The notes below the pieces were generated by a model. That model ran no database searches. It was not told the DNA's origin and saw only the letters and a program-made list of their open reading frames with translations. Made by a program: the position numbers and the translations under genes. Shown piece by piece: positions 1-9,521 of a stretch of DNA of 64,000 bases. Each line of letters opens with the position of its first letter. Within the stretch, counting starts at the first letter, position 1. Source of the DNA: Escherichia phage vB-Eco-KMB40; the sequence record OR539220.1; one strand, written 5' to 3'.

Positions 1-1
1 G

Positions 2-154
2 GGGTTCAAAACTCGTTACGGTATCGGTATCAACCCATTTGCAGAATCCGCTGCTCAGGCTCCGGCTTCTCGCATTCAGAGTGGTATGCCTTCTATCCTG
101 AACAGCCTTGGTAAGAACGCTTACTTCCGCCGTGTATATGTTAAAGGTATCTAA
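2..154 (+). CDS. 23: major capsid protein gp23, C-terminal 51 codons (gene begins upstream of window)
   Basis: Frame ends ...NAYFRRVYVKGI then TAA at 152-154; matches T4 gp23 C-terminus as recalled; terminator and gene 24 late promoter follow. Confidence 0.8.
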   Translation, partial: GFKTRYGIGINPFAESAAQAPASRIQSGMPSILNSLGKNAYFRRVYVKGI

Positions 155-168
155 TCTTTGACGATTTA

Positions 169-188
169 AGGGACCTTCGGGTCCCTTT
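169..188 (+). terminator. stem-loop AGGGACC-TTCG-GGTCCCT with T tail after gene 23
   Basis: 7-bp GC-rich stem with UUCG tetraloop directly after the stop codon. Confidence 0.5.
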
Positions 189-202
189 AGCTGTTTTTAT
201 GG

Positions 203-210
203 TATAAATA
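203..210 (+). promoter_or_regulatory. late promoter TATAAATA for gene 24
   Basis: Exact T4 late-promoter octamer about 28 nt upstream of the gene 24 ATG. Confidence 0.6.
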
Positions 211-237
211 AATCATATAAACTGAAAGGAAAGCGCA

Positions 238-1521
238 ATGGCTAAAATCAACGAACTTCTGCGCGAATCAACCACAACGAATAGCAACTCAATCGGTCGC
301 CCAAATCTCGTTGCTTTGACTCGCGCTACCACTAAATTAATATATTCTGACATTGTAGCAACGCAAAGAACTAATCAACCTGTTGCTGCTTTTTATGGTA
401 TCAAATACCTTAACCCAGACAACGAATTTACATTTAAAACTGGTGCTACTTATGCTGGCGAAGCTGGATATGTAGACCGAGAAAAAATCACAGAATTAAC
501 AGAAGAGTCTAAATTAACTCTCAATAAAGGCGATTTATTCAAATATAATAATATCATTTATAAAGTATTAGAAGATACTCCATTTGCTGATATTGAAGAA
601 AGCGACTTAGAGTTAGCTCTTCAGATTGCAATTGTTCTTTTAAAGGTTCGTCTATTTTCTGACGCAGCGTCAACAAGCAAATTTGAAAGCTCTGATAGTG
701 AAATTGCGGATGCTAGATTCCAGATTAATAAATGGCAAACCGCGGTTAAATCTCGTAAACTTAAAACTGGCATCACAGTTGAATTAGCGCAAGATTTAGA
801 AGCAAATGGATTCGATGCTCCTAATTTCTTAGAAGATTTGCTTGCAACCGAAATGGCAGATGAAATCAATAAAGATATTCTGCAGTCTTTGATTACAGTA
901 TCAAAACGTTATAAAGTTACAGGAATTACTGATACTGGATTCATTGATTTGAGTTATGCATCTGCACCTGAAGCTGGTCGTTCATTATACCGAATGGTAT
1001 GTGAAATGGTTTCACATATCCAAAAAGAATCAACTTATACAGCAACGTTCTGTGTTGCTTCAGCTCGTGCCGCTGCGATTCTTGCTGCATCAGGTTGGTT
1101 AAAACATAAACCAGAAGATGATAAATATCTTTCACAGAATGCCTACGGGTTCTTAGCTAATGGTTTACCGCTTTATTGCGATACTAACAGCCCATTAGAT
1201 TATGTAATCGTTGGCGTAGTAGAAAATATCGGTGAAAAAGAAATTGTTGGATCAATTTTCTATGCTCCGTATACAGAAGGTCTCGACTTAGATGACCCTG
1301 AACATGTAGGTGCATTTAAAGTTGTGGTTGATCCAGAAAGCTTACAACCGTCTATCGGTTTATTAGTTAGATATGCTTTATCTGCAAATCCTTACACCGT
1401 AGCAAAAGATGAAAAAGAAGCAAGAGTAATTGATGGTGGAGACATGGATAAAATGGCGGGTCGTTCAGATTTGTCCGTTTTATTAGGTGTTAAGCTACCA
1501 AAAATTATCATTGATGAATAA
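238..1521 (+). CDS. 24: head vertex protein gp24
   Basis: 427 aa; sequence and length match T4 gp24 as recalled; RBS AAGGAAAG upstream. Confidence 0.95.
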   Translation: MAKINELLRESTTTNSNSIGRPNLVALTRATTKLIYSDIVATQRTNQPVAAFYGIKYLNPDNEFTFKTGATYAGEAGYVDREKITELTEESKLTLNKGDLFKYNNIIYKVLEDTPFADIEESDLELALQIAIVLLKVRLFSDAASTSKFESSDSEIADARFQINKWQTAVKSRKLKTGITVELAQDLEANGFDAPNFLEDLLATEMADEINKDILQSLITVSKRYKVTGITDTGFIDLSYASAPEAGRSLYRMVCEMVSHIQKESTYTATFCVASARAAAILAASGWLKHKPEDDKYLSQNAYGFLANGLPLYCDTNSPLDYVIVGVVENIGEKEIVGSIFYAPYTEGLDLDDPEHVGAFKVVVDPESLQPSIGLLVRYALSANPYTVAKDEKEARVIDGGDMDKMAGRSDLSVLLGVKLPKIIIDE

Positions 1522-1524
1522 AAC

Positions 1525-1549
1525 AAAGGGACCGAAAGGTCCCTTTTTA
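1525..1549. terminator. bidirectional hairpin AAAGGGACC-GAAA-GGTCCCTTT between convergent genes 24 and rnlB
   Basis: 9-bp stem, GAAA loop, T-run on plus strand. Confidence 0.5.
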
Positions 1550-1550
1550 T

Positions 1551-2555
1551 TTAGCTCACCAACTCAATCCAAGCCGGACGAAGTACATCTTGTACCATTT
1601 TAACTAATTCCTTTTTAACCAAAGAAGGATTATCCGCTTGAGTTAGAGTAATACCTTCACGAGAAGTTTCTTCCAAAATATCTTGAACAGTTAGTCCCAT
1701 CACCTTTCCAAAATCTTTTGGACCAATTTCGCCAATTTTAGAAATAACGTTATTTACTCGGTTCAGTGTAACGTAACAAGCTAAAATCCCCACCAATTTG
1801 TTATCAGCTTCTGACAATTCAACTTTAGCTTTAATAGGCTTATCAGACTTTTTCTTTTCACTAAATTTAGAATTCTTGCATTTGATGGCTACACGATTGC
1901 GATTAGGCAGCCAAGAAGGATAACAAGGTTTCAATACATATCCTTCAGCAGTAAATACTTCGCCTTTTGCTTCAGCTTTCCAAACACATTTGTTAGCGTC
2001 AATTAAACCTGCATTATCTACGGTAAAATTATAAGACGGAACAACAGAATCTAAATCATTTGGCAATTTAATAAGCTCTTCAAATTTACCGCGACCTAAA
2101 AGTGGAGCCATTTTAAATTTAAATGTATTACAGAATGATTCCATCATATAATCATCGACATAAGTCACATCACCACTTTCTGTAGTGACAATAATGTCAA
2201 ATACATAAAAATCTTTATCACCATAATCAACATTCTTCTGAATGCCAGGACCAGCGAATTCGCCAAATACCTGATAAGTCACAACAGCTGAAGTTTCCAT
2301 AATATCTTGTACTGCTTTAATGGAATCAGCGTAATTCTTTAGAATAATTTCATACCCAAAGAAATCTTCAGCAGGAAGAATCGGTCCAGTACGTTTAGCG
2401 CAAGTTACTTTATCACGCTCAATAATCAATGAGAAATTTGTGCCGTGAATCTTTTCACGAGCTACCCATTCGCCGCCAGTCAATCCTAAGCTATAAAGTT
2501 TTTCAATAAATTTAGAGTTGTAATGATTTTCAAGACTGCTATACTTTTTAAACAT
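1551..2555 (-). CDS. rnlB: RNA ligase 2
   Basis: 334 aa; near-identical to T4 Rnl2 as recalled; nucleotidyltransferase motif EKIHGTN. Confidence 0.95.
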   Translation of the reverse strand: MFKKYSSLENHYNSKFIEKLYSLGLTGGEWVAREKIHGTNFSLIIERDKVTCAKRTGPILPAEDFFGYEIILKNYADSIKAVQDIMETSAVVTYQVFGEFAGPGIQKNVDYGDKDFYVFDIIVTTESGDVTYVDDYMMESFCNTFKFKMAPLLGRGKFEELIKLPNDLDSVVPSYNFTVDNAGLIDANKCVWKAEAKGEVFTAEGYVLKPCYPSWLPNRNRVAIKCKNSKFSEKKKSDKPIKAKVELSEADNKLVGILACYVTLNRVNNVISKIGEIGPKDFGKVMGLTVQDILEETSREGITLTQADNPSLVKKELVKMVQDVLRPAWIELVS

Positions 2556-2564
2556 AATTAATCC

Positions 2565-2843
2565 TCAAAATGTAATTTCTAACCAATCACCATCACGCTG
2601 ATCACTATTGACTTTAAAGCTGAATCCTTCTTTTCTCAGCCAATCACCAATTTCTTCAGTAATCAATTTATCACGAGCAGTACAATAATAGCTAAAATAT
2701 GTTTTACCTTGTTCAGCTGCTTTATTAGCAAGTTCCGAAAAATCTTTAATAAAACACTCTAGTTTAAACTGTTTACTTTTTAATGCTTTTTCGCGTAATT
2801 GATTAGCAAAAGATTCATTTTCATAAAGATCATACTGTTCCAT
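2565..2843 (-). CDS. hypothetical protein (position of T4 24.2)
   Basis: 92-aa ORF tightly packed downstream of rnlB gene block. Confidence 0.55.
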   Translation of the reverse strand: MEQYDLYENESFANQLREKALKSKQFKLECFIKDFSELANKAAEQGKTYFSYYCTARDKLITEEIGDWLRKEGFSFKVNSDQRDGDWLEITF

Positions 2844-3045
2844 TTTTCACCTTTTTATTAATATGTCTTTTTCTATAGACAACTTTTTCTCGAGTTTCAA
2901 ATTTATTCTTAGCAGTCATAGCTCGAGCCCATAATACAGCCGCTTCTTTTGCCTGTAAGTTCAATTCACGAGCAATTTCAATGAATGACTTTCCAGACTC
3001 ATGAAGAGTAAACACCACAACCTCAGTTCTCATAATCAATCTCAT
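2830..3045 (-). CDS. hypothetical small basic protein, possible helix-turn-helix (position of T4 24.3)
   Basis: 71-aa ORF; segment SGKSFIEIARELNLQAKEAA resembles an HTH. Confidence 0.45.
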   Translation of the reverse strand: MRLIMRTEVVVFTLHESGKSFIEIARELNLQAKEAAVLWARAMTAKNKFETREKVVYRKRHINKKVKNGTV

Positions 3046-3111
3046 GTTATTGAGTTGGTGCCATTATATACATCGTTTTCTGATTGTGTTTTGTGTGCTT
3101 TCAAAATGAAG

Positions 3112-3131
3112 AAAGGGGCCGAAGCCCCTTT
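3112..3131 (-). terminator. hairpin AAAGGGGC-CGAA-GCCCCTTT (UUCG loop on minus strand) after hoc
   Basis: 8-bp GC stem immediately after hoc stop at 3135. Confidence 0.5.
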
Positions 3132-3134
3132 CGA

Positions 3135-4265
3135 TTATGGATAGGTATAGATGATACCAGTTTCTAAAGCTGTTTTGTGAATGATGTATCCATTACGCGA
3201 TTCTTGGACATCAACTTCTGGATAATCTTTCATCATCTTCTGAAGCGTATAACGATGCAAGTAGTACTTACTATCTGGGTCGTCAGTTTTCCAATCTTTA
3301 CCTTCTTCAGTCATTTTTTGGATTTCATCCATAACCCACCAACCGCACCAGATATAAGCTGAAGTACGGTGCGGAAGAGGATGAACATAAGGCAATTCAC
3401 CTTCTGGTTCTGGAGCAACTTTATCAGTCACTTGAACTTGACCTGTTGTTTTAACTGTTTTGCTATCATAATCAGTTGCTGTAACGACAGCAGTAACTTC
3501 AATAGTTTGACTTCCAACAGATGAGGTATCGACAGTATATACGTTAGTTGACCCTTCTACAGGAGAAGAATCTTTCTTCCACGAGTAAGTAATTTGTGCT
3601 TCTTCTGGAGCATCCGTAACATTAGCCGTAAATGTAGCCGAAGCATCTTGCTGAACATTAATAGAAGGAGGAGTCAATGTAACCTGTGGATTCATTGTCT
3701 TCTTATTAACCGTTAATGATACTTCATTAGAAGTAACTTCCTTTTCATTGTAATTTTCTGCTGTTACTTGGGCTACGCATTTAATTCTTTTTACTCCACT
3801 TGTAGTTGGAGTATAGCTAAATGTAGAGTTAGTTTCTCCACCAACTTGTGAATCATCTACATACCACTGATACGTAGCAGATGCTCCATCAGGTTGAGAA
3901 GCTAAGGCAGCAGTAAATTGAACTGGGGTTCCAATTACTCCAGCTGGAGGACTATTGGGAGTTACGGCTAAGGTAGTCGTCTGAGTTTTGTTTTTGACTG
4001 TGATAGTTGTAGTAGCTTCTGCTGTTTCAACTTCAGATTCTGGAACTGTATTTGTTGCAACAACTTTAATAGTCTTTTGACCAGCAGGACCTTTTAATAC
4101 ATAATCAAAAGTTGCTTCAGACCCATCTTGTGGAGCATTATCTACACTCCAAGCATAAGTAATAGTTCCACCTCCAGTTTCACCACTGGGTGCAGCAGTA
4201 AACTGCTTGGTTTCATCAATAACTCCTGACGGTGTTTTAGGAGTTATATCAACTGTAAAAGCCAT
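3135..4265 (-). CDS. hoc: highly immunogenic outer capsid protein Hoc
   Basis: 376 aa; three tandem Ig-like segments plus C-terminal capsid-binding domain; matches T4 Hoc as recalled. Confidence 0.9.
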   Translation of the reverse strand: MAFTVDITPKTPSGVIDETKQFTAAPSGETGGGTITYAWSVDNAPQDGSEATFDYVLKGPAGQKTIKVVATNTVPESEVETAEATTTITVKNKTQTTTLAVTPNSPPAGVIGTPVQFTAALASQPDGASATYQWYVDDSQVGGETNSTFSYTPTTSGVKRIKCVAQVTAENYNEKEVTSNEVSLTVNKKTMNPQVTLTPPSINVQQDASATFTANVTDAPEEAQITYSWKKDSSPVEGSTNVYTVDTSSVGSQTIEVTAVVTATDYDSKTVKTTGQVQVTDKVAPEPEGELPYVHPLPHRTSAYIWCGWWVMDEIQKMTEEGKDWKTDDPDSKYYLHRYTLQKMMKDYPEVDVQESRNGYIIHKTALETGIIYTYP

Positions 4266-4274
4266 AAGTTATCC

Positions 4275-4955
4275 TTATTTTAATGTTACGAAAGAAGAAT
4301 TGCGTGTTTCACGAATTAAAACTGATCCGTCGCGGTTAATGTAATAAATTAAGCTAAATAAAGTTTGGTGTGCTGACGCATGTTCAAAACTAGTTGGGTG
4401 AGATTTCCAATCCGGAGTTTCAGCAATCCATTGATAAATCCACCAAGGAACAGTACAGAATCCTGGATTTTTTCCAATCAGCTGAAGATTCGGACTAAAG
4501 TTTTCCGGAAGAGTAAATACAGACGGCTTTTCAGATTCAACAATCTCAGCTACAGCCTGTTCGAATTTTTCTTCAACAAAAGGAGTATCTTCAATCAAAA
4601 CTGAGGTATTTTCAGGAATTTTATCCGTTTCTACTACTTCAATTTTAATGTCAGATTTAACCGGAGAATCAATCAGAAGTGCTGCTTCTGGATTGACTTC
4701 TTCATCGTCATATTTTAATCCCTCTGCGGCATCAGCAGCATCAATTAGGTCTTTAATAGATAACCCATCAGTCTCTGGCATAGGTTCACTAGCGAGCTTC
4801 TGGAGGGCTTCTTCAATATCAACAACGATATTATCAAAAGATTTATTCTTTTTGACCTTTATACCAAACTGTTCAGCATATTCAGCTAATTTAGCTTTAG
4901 CTTCTTTGTTATCATCAAGAGCCTTCAGCTCTGCAATATAATCTTTATCTATCAT
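4275..4955 (-). CDS. inh: inhibitor of prohead protease Inh
   Basis: 226 aa, same length and position as T4 inh. Confidence 0.8.
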   Translation of the reverse strand: MIDKDYIAELKALDDNKEAKAKLAEYAEQFGIKVKKNKSFDNIVVDIEEALQKLASEPMPETDGLSIKDLIDAADAAEGLKYDDEEVNPEAALLIDSPVKSDIKIEVVETDKIPENTSVLIEDTPFVEEKFEQAVAEIVESEKPSVFTLPENFSPNLQLIGKNPGFCTVPWWIYQWIAETPDWKSHPTSFEHASAHQTLFSLIYYINRDGSVLIRETRNSSFVTLK

Positions 4956-4968
4956 AATATTTCCTCAG

Positions 4969-4976
4969 TATAAATA
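4969..4976 (+). promoter_or_regulatory. late promoter TATAAATA upstream of segD
   Basis: Exact octamer about 28 nt before the segD ATG. Confidence 0.5.
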
Positions 4977-5004
4977 TAGATATATTTATTACTCGGAAAA
5001 TAGT

Positions 5005-5622
5005 ATGTACCACTTTGTATATGAAACAACAAATCTAATAAACGGTAAAAAGTATATAGGAAAACACTCTACTGATGACTTGAATGATGGTTACCTTGGT
5101 TCCGGTAAGGCAATTCAGCAGGCTATAAAGAAATATGGTGAAAACAATTTCTCTAGAACAATACTAAAAGAGTTTAAAACTTCCGAAGAAGCGTACATGT
5201 ATGAAGAAGAAATTATAACTCCTGAAATAATAAAAAGCAAAAATTATTATAATATGAAACCTGGTGGAATTGGTGGAATTGTTATGACTACAGAGGTTAT
5301 AGCAAAGATGAAAGAATCTTCCGCTAAGAGATTTGAAAACTCACCGGGCACGGTATTAGGTACAACTTGTTACACTAATGGAACTAAAAATATTTTTATT
5401 AAACCTGGAGAACTTGTTCCAGAAGGATTTGTAAAAGGGATGGTTCATCCTAATAGAAAGTCCAGAAAAGGATGTAAAGTCAAACCGACTACCACAGGAA
5501 CTTTTTGGGTCAATAATGGCGCAATAAATAAATTAATACAACCAGACGGTATTATTCCCGACGGATTTATTAAAGGTCGTCTCATGAAAAGAGATTCTAA
5601 AGGCAAATTTAGTAAGGCATAA
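5005..5622 (+). CDS. segD: GIY-YIG homing endonuclease SegD (free-standing)
   Basis: 205 aa; N-terminal GIY-YIG motif (VYETTNLINGKKYIGKH); C-terminal NUMOD-like repeats (GTFWVNNG..., IPDGFIKGR). Confidence 0.85.
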   Translation: MYHFVYETTNLINGKKYIGKHSTDDLNDGYLGSGKAIQQAIKKYGENNFSRTILKEFKTSEEAYMYEEEIITPEIIKSKNYYNMKPGGIGGIVMTTEVIAKMKESSAKRFENSPGTVLGTTCYTNGTKNIFIKPGELVPEGFVKGMVHPNRKSRKGCKVKPTTTGTFWVNNGAINKLIQPDGIIPDGFIKGRLMKRDSKGKFSKA

Positions 5623-5624
5623 TT

Positions 5625-7133
5625 ATGGATATTAAAGTACATTTTCACGACTTCAGTCATGTACGCATCGATTGTGAAGAGAGCACGTTCCACGAATTAA
5701 GAGATTTCTTTTCGTTTGAGGCAGATGGATATAGGTTTAATCCTCGCTTCAGATATGGCAACTGGGATGGACGAATCCGTCTTTTAGATTATAATCGCCT
5801 TCTTCCATTCGGCTTAGTCGGGCAAATTAAAAAGTTCTGTGATAACTTTGGCTATAAAGCCTGGATTGACCCACAAATTAACGAAAAAGAAGAATTATCA
5901 AGAAAAGATTTTGATGAATGGCTTTCTAAATTAGAAATCTATTCGGGAAATAAAAGAATTGAACCACACTGGTATCAAAAAGATGCAGTGTTCGAAGGAT
6001 TAGTTAATCGTCGTAGAATTCTTAATCTTCCAACATCTGCAGGTAAATCTTTAATTCAGGCTCTGCTTGCGCGATATTATTTGGAAAATTATGAAGGTAA
6101 AATTCTTATCATTGTTCCAACAACTGCTCTGACAACTCAGATGGCTGATGACTTTGTTGATTATCGTTTATTCAGTCACGCAATGATAAAGAAAATTGGT
6201 GGCGGAGCATCAAAAGATGATAAATATAAAAATGATGCACCAGTCGTTGTTGGTACATGGCAAACTGTAGTAAAACAACCAAAAGAATGGTTCTCACAGT
6301 TTGGAATGATGATGAATGATGAATGCCATTTAGCAACAGGAAAAAGTATTTCATCTATTATATCAGGTTTAAATAACTGCATGTTCAAATTTGGTCTATC
6401 TGGTTCATTACGTGACGGCAAAGCCAATATCATGCAGTATGTTGGAATGTTTGGCGAAATATTTAAGCCAGTAACGACTTCTAAATTAATGGAAGATGGG
6501 CAAGTAACTGAGCTAAAAATTAATAGTATTTTTCTTCGTTATCCTGATGAGTTCACTACTAAATTAAAGGGAAAAACTTACCAAGAAGAAATAAAAATTA
6601 TTACTGGGCTCAGTAAAAGAAATAAATGGATCGCTAAATTAGCTATTAAGCTTGCGCAAAAAGATGAAAACGCTTTTGTCATGTTTAAACATGTATCGCA
6701 CGGTAAAGCTATTTTCGATTTAATTAAAAATGAATACGATAAAGTTTATTACGTATCAGGGGAAGTTGATACCGAAACACGAAATATAATGAAAACCTTA
6801 GCTGAAAATGGTAAAGGAATAATTATAGTAGCTAGTTATGGTGTATTTTCTACTGGTATTTCAGTTAAAAATCTGCATCACGTTGTTTTAGCACACGGTG
6901 TTAAATCAAAAATCATTGTATTACAAACAATCGGTCGTGTATTACGTAAGCATGGTTCTAAGACAATAGCAACAGTCTGGGACCTCATAGATGACTGTGG
7001 TGTCAAGCCAAAATCTGCTAATACTAAAAAGAAATATGTTCACTTGAACTATCTTTTAAAACATGGCATTGATCGTATTCAGCGCTACGCAGATGAAAAA
7101 TTTAATTACGTAATGAAAACAGTTAATTTATAA
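5625..7133 (+). CDS. uvsW: UvsW helicase
   Basis: 502 aa; Walker A PTSAGKS, DECH box; matches T4 UvsW as recalled. Confidence 0.95.
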   Translation: MDIKVHFHDFSHVRIDCEESTFHELRDFFSFEADGYRFNPRFRYGNWDGRIRLLDYNRLLPFGLVGQIKKFCDNFGYKAWIDPQINEKEELSRKDFDEWLSKLEIYSGNKRIEPHWYQKDAVFEGLVNRRRILNLPTSAGKSLIQALLARYYLENYEGKILIIVPTTALTTQMADDFVDYRLFSHAMIKKIGGGASKDDKYKNDAPVVVGTWQTVVKQPKEWFSQFGMMMNDECHLATGKSISSIISGLNNCMFKFGLSGSLRDGKANIMQYVGMFGEIFKPVTTSKLMEDGQVTELKINSIFLRYPDEFTTKLKGKTYQEEIKIITGLSKRNKWIAKLAIKLAQKDENAFVMFKHVSHGKAIFDLIKNEYDKVYYVSGEVDTETRNIMKTLAENGKGIIIVASYGVFSTGISVKNLHHVVLAHGVKSKIIVLQTIGRVLRKHGSKTIATVWDLIDDCGVKPKSANTKKKYVHLNYLLKHGIDRIQRYADEKFNYVMKTVNL

Positions 7134-7146
7134 GGGCTTCGGCCCT
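7133..7146 (+). terminator. hairpin AGGGC-TTCG-GCCCT at uvsW stop
   Basis: UUCG tetraloop hairpin overlapping the stop codon; weak T tail. Confidence 0.35.
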
Positions 7147-7158
7147 TTGGAGAAAAAG

Positions 7159-7392
7159 ATGTTACTAGAATTTAAACAATTTCTTTATGAAGCTTCTATT
7201 GATGAATTTATGGGTAAAATTGCCTCTTGTCAAACATTAGAAGGTTTAGAAGAACTTGAAGCTTATTATAAGAAAAGAGTTAAAGAAACTGAATTAAAAG
7301 ATACTGATGACATCTCTGTGAGAGATGCTTTGGCAGGAAAAAGAGCTGAATTAGAAGATTCAGACGATGATGAAGTAGAAGAAAGCTTTTAA
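7159..7392 (+). CDS. uvsW.1: UvsW.1 small acidic protein
   Basis: 77 aa from ATG 7159 (supplied ORF begins at TTG 7147); position as in T4. Confidence 0.7.
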   Translation: MLLEFKQFLYEASIDEFMGKIASCQTLEGLEELEAYYKKRVKETELKDTDDISVRDALAGKRAELEDSDDDEVEESF

Positions 7393-7448
7393 ATTAAAAA
7401 AGGCCCAACCAAAAAAGGAAGGGCCAAAACTATAGACTAAAGGTCACA

Positions 7449-7616
7449 CTATAGCAAAAGTTGTGTTTCATTTAATTGTTCTTCCGAACTTTCTGAAACT
7501 GGTAGTTCTTTAATGTAATTATAACAAGGCCCAGGATGTACAGGACCTTTGTCTGTTTCAACAACCAATGCAGAATCGATTGGAGTTTTACAGACAACAC
7601 AAATCTTATCTGACAT
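7449..7616 (-). CDS. small Cys-rich protein (position of T4 uvsY.-2)
   Basis: 55 aa from ATG at 7616 with strong RBS AAGGAG; CxxC...HPGPC; supplied ORF extended upstream through the promoter. Confidence 0.55.
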   Translation of the reverse strand: MSDKICVVCKTPIDSALVVETDKGPVHPGPCYNYIKELPVSESSEEQLNETQLLL

Positions 7617-7641
7617 GATTGTCTCCTTTTGAATATAGTAA

Positions 7642-7649
7642 TATTTATA
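7642..7649 (-). promoter_or_regulatory. late promoter TATAAATA (minus strand)
   Basis: Plus-strand TATTTATA is the reverse complement, 26 nt upstream of ATG 7616. Confidence 0.45.
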
Positions 7650-7739
7650 AACCCATTTTAATCCGCATTTCTTGTACACGGATTAAGCAAGCTTCCATCT
7701 CTGCTAATAGTCGAAATACTTCTTTATAATCTGTCATAT

Positions 7740-7967
7740 TTACCCCATATCTCTCATATGCATATCAATGCCCATATCTTTAGAATAAAAATATTCATCA
7801 AGATATCCGGCAAATTTTTCTTTAATATAAAGGACATCTTCACCACATGGGTGGTCGGCCAGGATACGAATATCCTGACGCTTAAGATTATGCTTTTTCA
7901 TTAAGAATTGAATTTCCGTTTCAAATTCTTCTTCATAATTAAAAGCATCATCAATGCTATATCTCAT
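7740..7967 (-). CDS. hypothetical protein (position of T4 uvsY.-1)
   Basis: 75-aa ORF abutting uvsY. Confidence 0.55.
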   Translation of the reverse strand: MRYSIDDAFNYEEEFETEIQFLMKKHNLKRQDIRILADHPCGEDVLYIKEKFAGYLDEYFYSKDMGIDMHMRDMG

Positions 7968-8380
7968 TATTTTCCAGCCTCAAATGCTCGCATGTCTTGA
8001 ATATGCTTAATAGCAAATCCACGTGATTTAATAGCATCAAGAGCTCCGCTACAGAAATCTAATAAAATCCCCCAATACTGCAACGAGGTATCAACCTTTA
8101 AAACATCCTTATCAGCTGATAGAACTGTTTTCATTTCTGATTTCTCGTAACGATCCATACTAAATTCATCACCATCTCCTCGTCCCGAGTAGTAATCTAA
8201 TTTAGCTTTAAGAGCAACTTTTTTCTGTGCTTCAATTCTAAGCATTTCCTTTTTAATACTTGAATGCTTATTAAGCCATTTACTATATAACATCACATTA
8301 TTAGCTGCTTCATACTGTAATTTAGTCGAATCTATAAACACATCTTTCTTCAATTCTTCTTGAAGATCTTCTAATCTCAT
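7967..8380 (-). CDS. uvsY: recombination mediator UvsY
   Basis: 137 aa; matches T4 UvsY as recalled. Confidence 0.95.
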   Translation of the reverse strand: MRLEDLQEELKKDVFIDSTKLQYEAANNVMLYSKWLNKHSSIKKEMLRIEAQKKVALKAKLDYYSGRGDGDEFSMDRYEKSEMKTVLSADKDVLKVDTSLQYWGILLDFCSGALDAIKSRGFAIKHIQDMRAFEAGK

Positions 8381-8420
8381 ATTGTTCTCTATTCAATTGT
8401 TATTGGATGGACTTAGATTC

Positions 8421-8446
8421 ATTATACCACGTTTTAACGTGAAGCA
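8421..8446 (-). promoter_or_regulatory. MotA-dependent middle promoter for uvsY
   Basis: Minus strand TGCTTCA (MotA box, plus 8440-8446), 13-nt spacer, TATAAT (plus 8421-8426); sits right after gp25 stop. Confidence 0.6.
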
Positions 8447-8845
8447 TTATACCCTATTACTGGAAGCCAGTTGCAGTTTTATCTGCTCAATATCATCAGG
8501 ATTATCGATGACCGAAAAGCGTATTTCTACTATCAGAGTATAATCATCATAAACCGGTATTACATTAACTGCTAATTTATCAATACGTGGCTCATAGTTT
8601 CTTACTGCGCTTTCGATATTACGCTCAACCGTGTCAGCAGTAAGAGGAGTCATATTCTCAAAAAGTTGGTCAGATAAATCACATCCAAATTCAGGGTCAA
8701 ACGGTCTTGAACCTTTTCTTGTTGTAATAATTCCTAAAAGACTATTTTTAATTGACCTTAATCCAAGTGATCTTGAAACGTCTTTGTTCCAATCCATTTT
8801 CATCTCTGGGTCAATATCAGAATAAAGCTTATTAATATTTGCCAT
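8447..8845 (-). CDS. 25: baseplate wedge protein gp25
   Basis: 132 aa; matches T4 gp25. Confidence 0.9.
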   Translation of the reverse strand: MANINKLYSDIDPEMKMDWNKDVSRSLGLRSIKNSLLGIITTRKGSRPFDPEFGCDLSDQLFENMTPLTADTVERNIESAVRNYEPRIDKLAVNVIPVYDDYTLIVEIRFSVIDNPDDIEQIKLQLASSNRV

Positions 8846-9471
8846 TACAATAGCTCAAAGAATTCTTTGAGTCCTCTTATTACATGAGCGTGAGTTTTTC
8901 CACACTCTGGACATTTAATTGGAACAGCCAAATAAACAGTAGGCTTTAAAAGAATATCTTTTATAGCTACAATATCTGACTCTGTGATGATAGAATATAA
9001 ATCTTCCAACTCTTTTTCATTCAAGTCTTCAACTGGAATGCTTTCCCCGTTAGCGTGAATCGTTTCTATACATGATACTATCATGTGGGCTATATTTTTA
9101 TCATCAAAAATTTTAGGGTAATGGAATTTAATTTTAATGTCACCCAGTGTATACCAGAGGTCTTCTGGTGCATCTATTTGTGTATGTAATAGATTTATAT
9201 GGGTTGGTATTTCAGCTCCACAGGTGCACTTCCAGGAGTTTTCGTGATTAACTTCTCCAAGAGAATGCGCCCATAAATGAATTAGTAATAGTTCTGATTC
9301 TTGGCGGTTTAAATCTTTTGCATTTGTACAGTCTTTGATTAGCTTTTTAACAATTACTTCTACGGAACCATTATTTTTGGCAGTAATAAGTTCTAGATAT
9401 TCTTTAAGCGTGAATGCGCGACAATTGATTATTTTAGAACCAACTCTCACATCAAATTTGTATTCATACAT
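8845..9471 (-). CDS. 26: baseplate hub protein gp26
   Basis: 208 aa; matches T4 gp26. Confidence 0.9.
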   Translation of the reverse strand: MYEYKFDVRVGSKIINCRAFTLKEYLELITAKNNGSVEVIVKKLIKDCTNAKDLNRQESELLLIHLWAHSLGEVNHENSWKCTCGAEIPTHINLLHTQIDAPEDLWYTLGDIKIKFHYPKIFDDKNIAHMIVSCIETIHANGESIPVEDLNEKELEDLYSIITESDIVAIKDILLKPTVYLAVPIKCPECGKTHAHVIRGLKEFFELL

Positions 9472-9492
9472 ATTTAGCTCCTTTATTTATCA

Positions 9493-9504
9493 TATTTATA
9501 AATA
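9493..9504. promoter_or_regulatory. overlapping divergent late promoters for genes 26 and 51
   Basis: Palindromic TATTTATAAATA: TATAAATA on plus at 9497-9504 and on minus at 9493-9500. Confidence 0.55.
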
Positions 9505-9521
9505 GAATAAAAGGAGCATCT

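Noticed and set aside
621-1135. Antisense ORFs of 82 and 64 aa inside gene 24
   Set aside because: Fully nested antisense within a confidently identified structural gene, with no RBS or promoter; typical six-frame noise.
7147-7158. TTG or GTG starts used by the ORF track (7147 uvsW.1, 54027 gene 38, 24653, 39332, 38366)
   Set aside because: In each case an in-frame ATG with a Shine-Dalgarno sequence lies a few codons downstream and matches the known T4 N-terminus where one is known.
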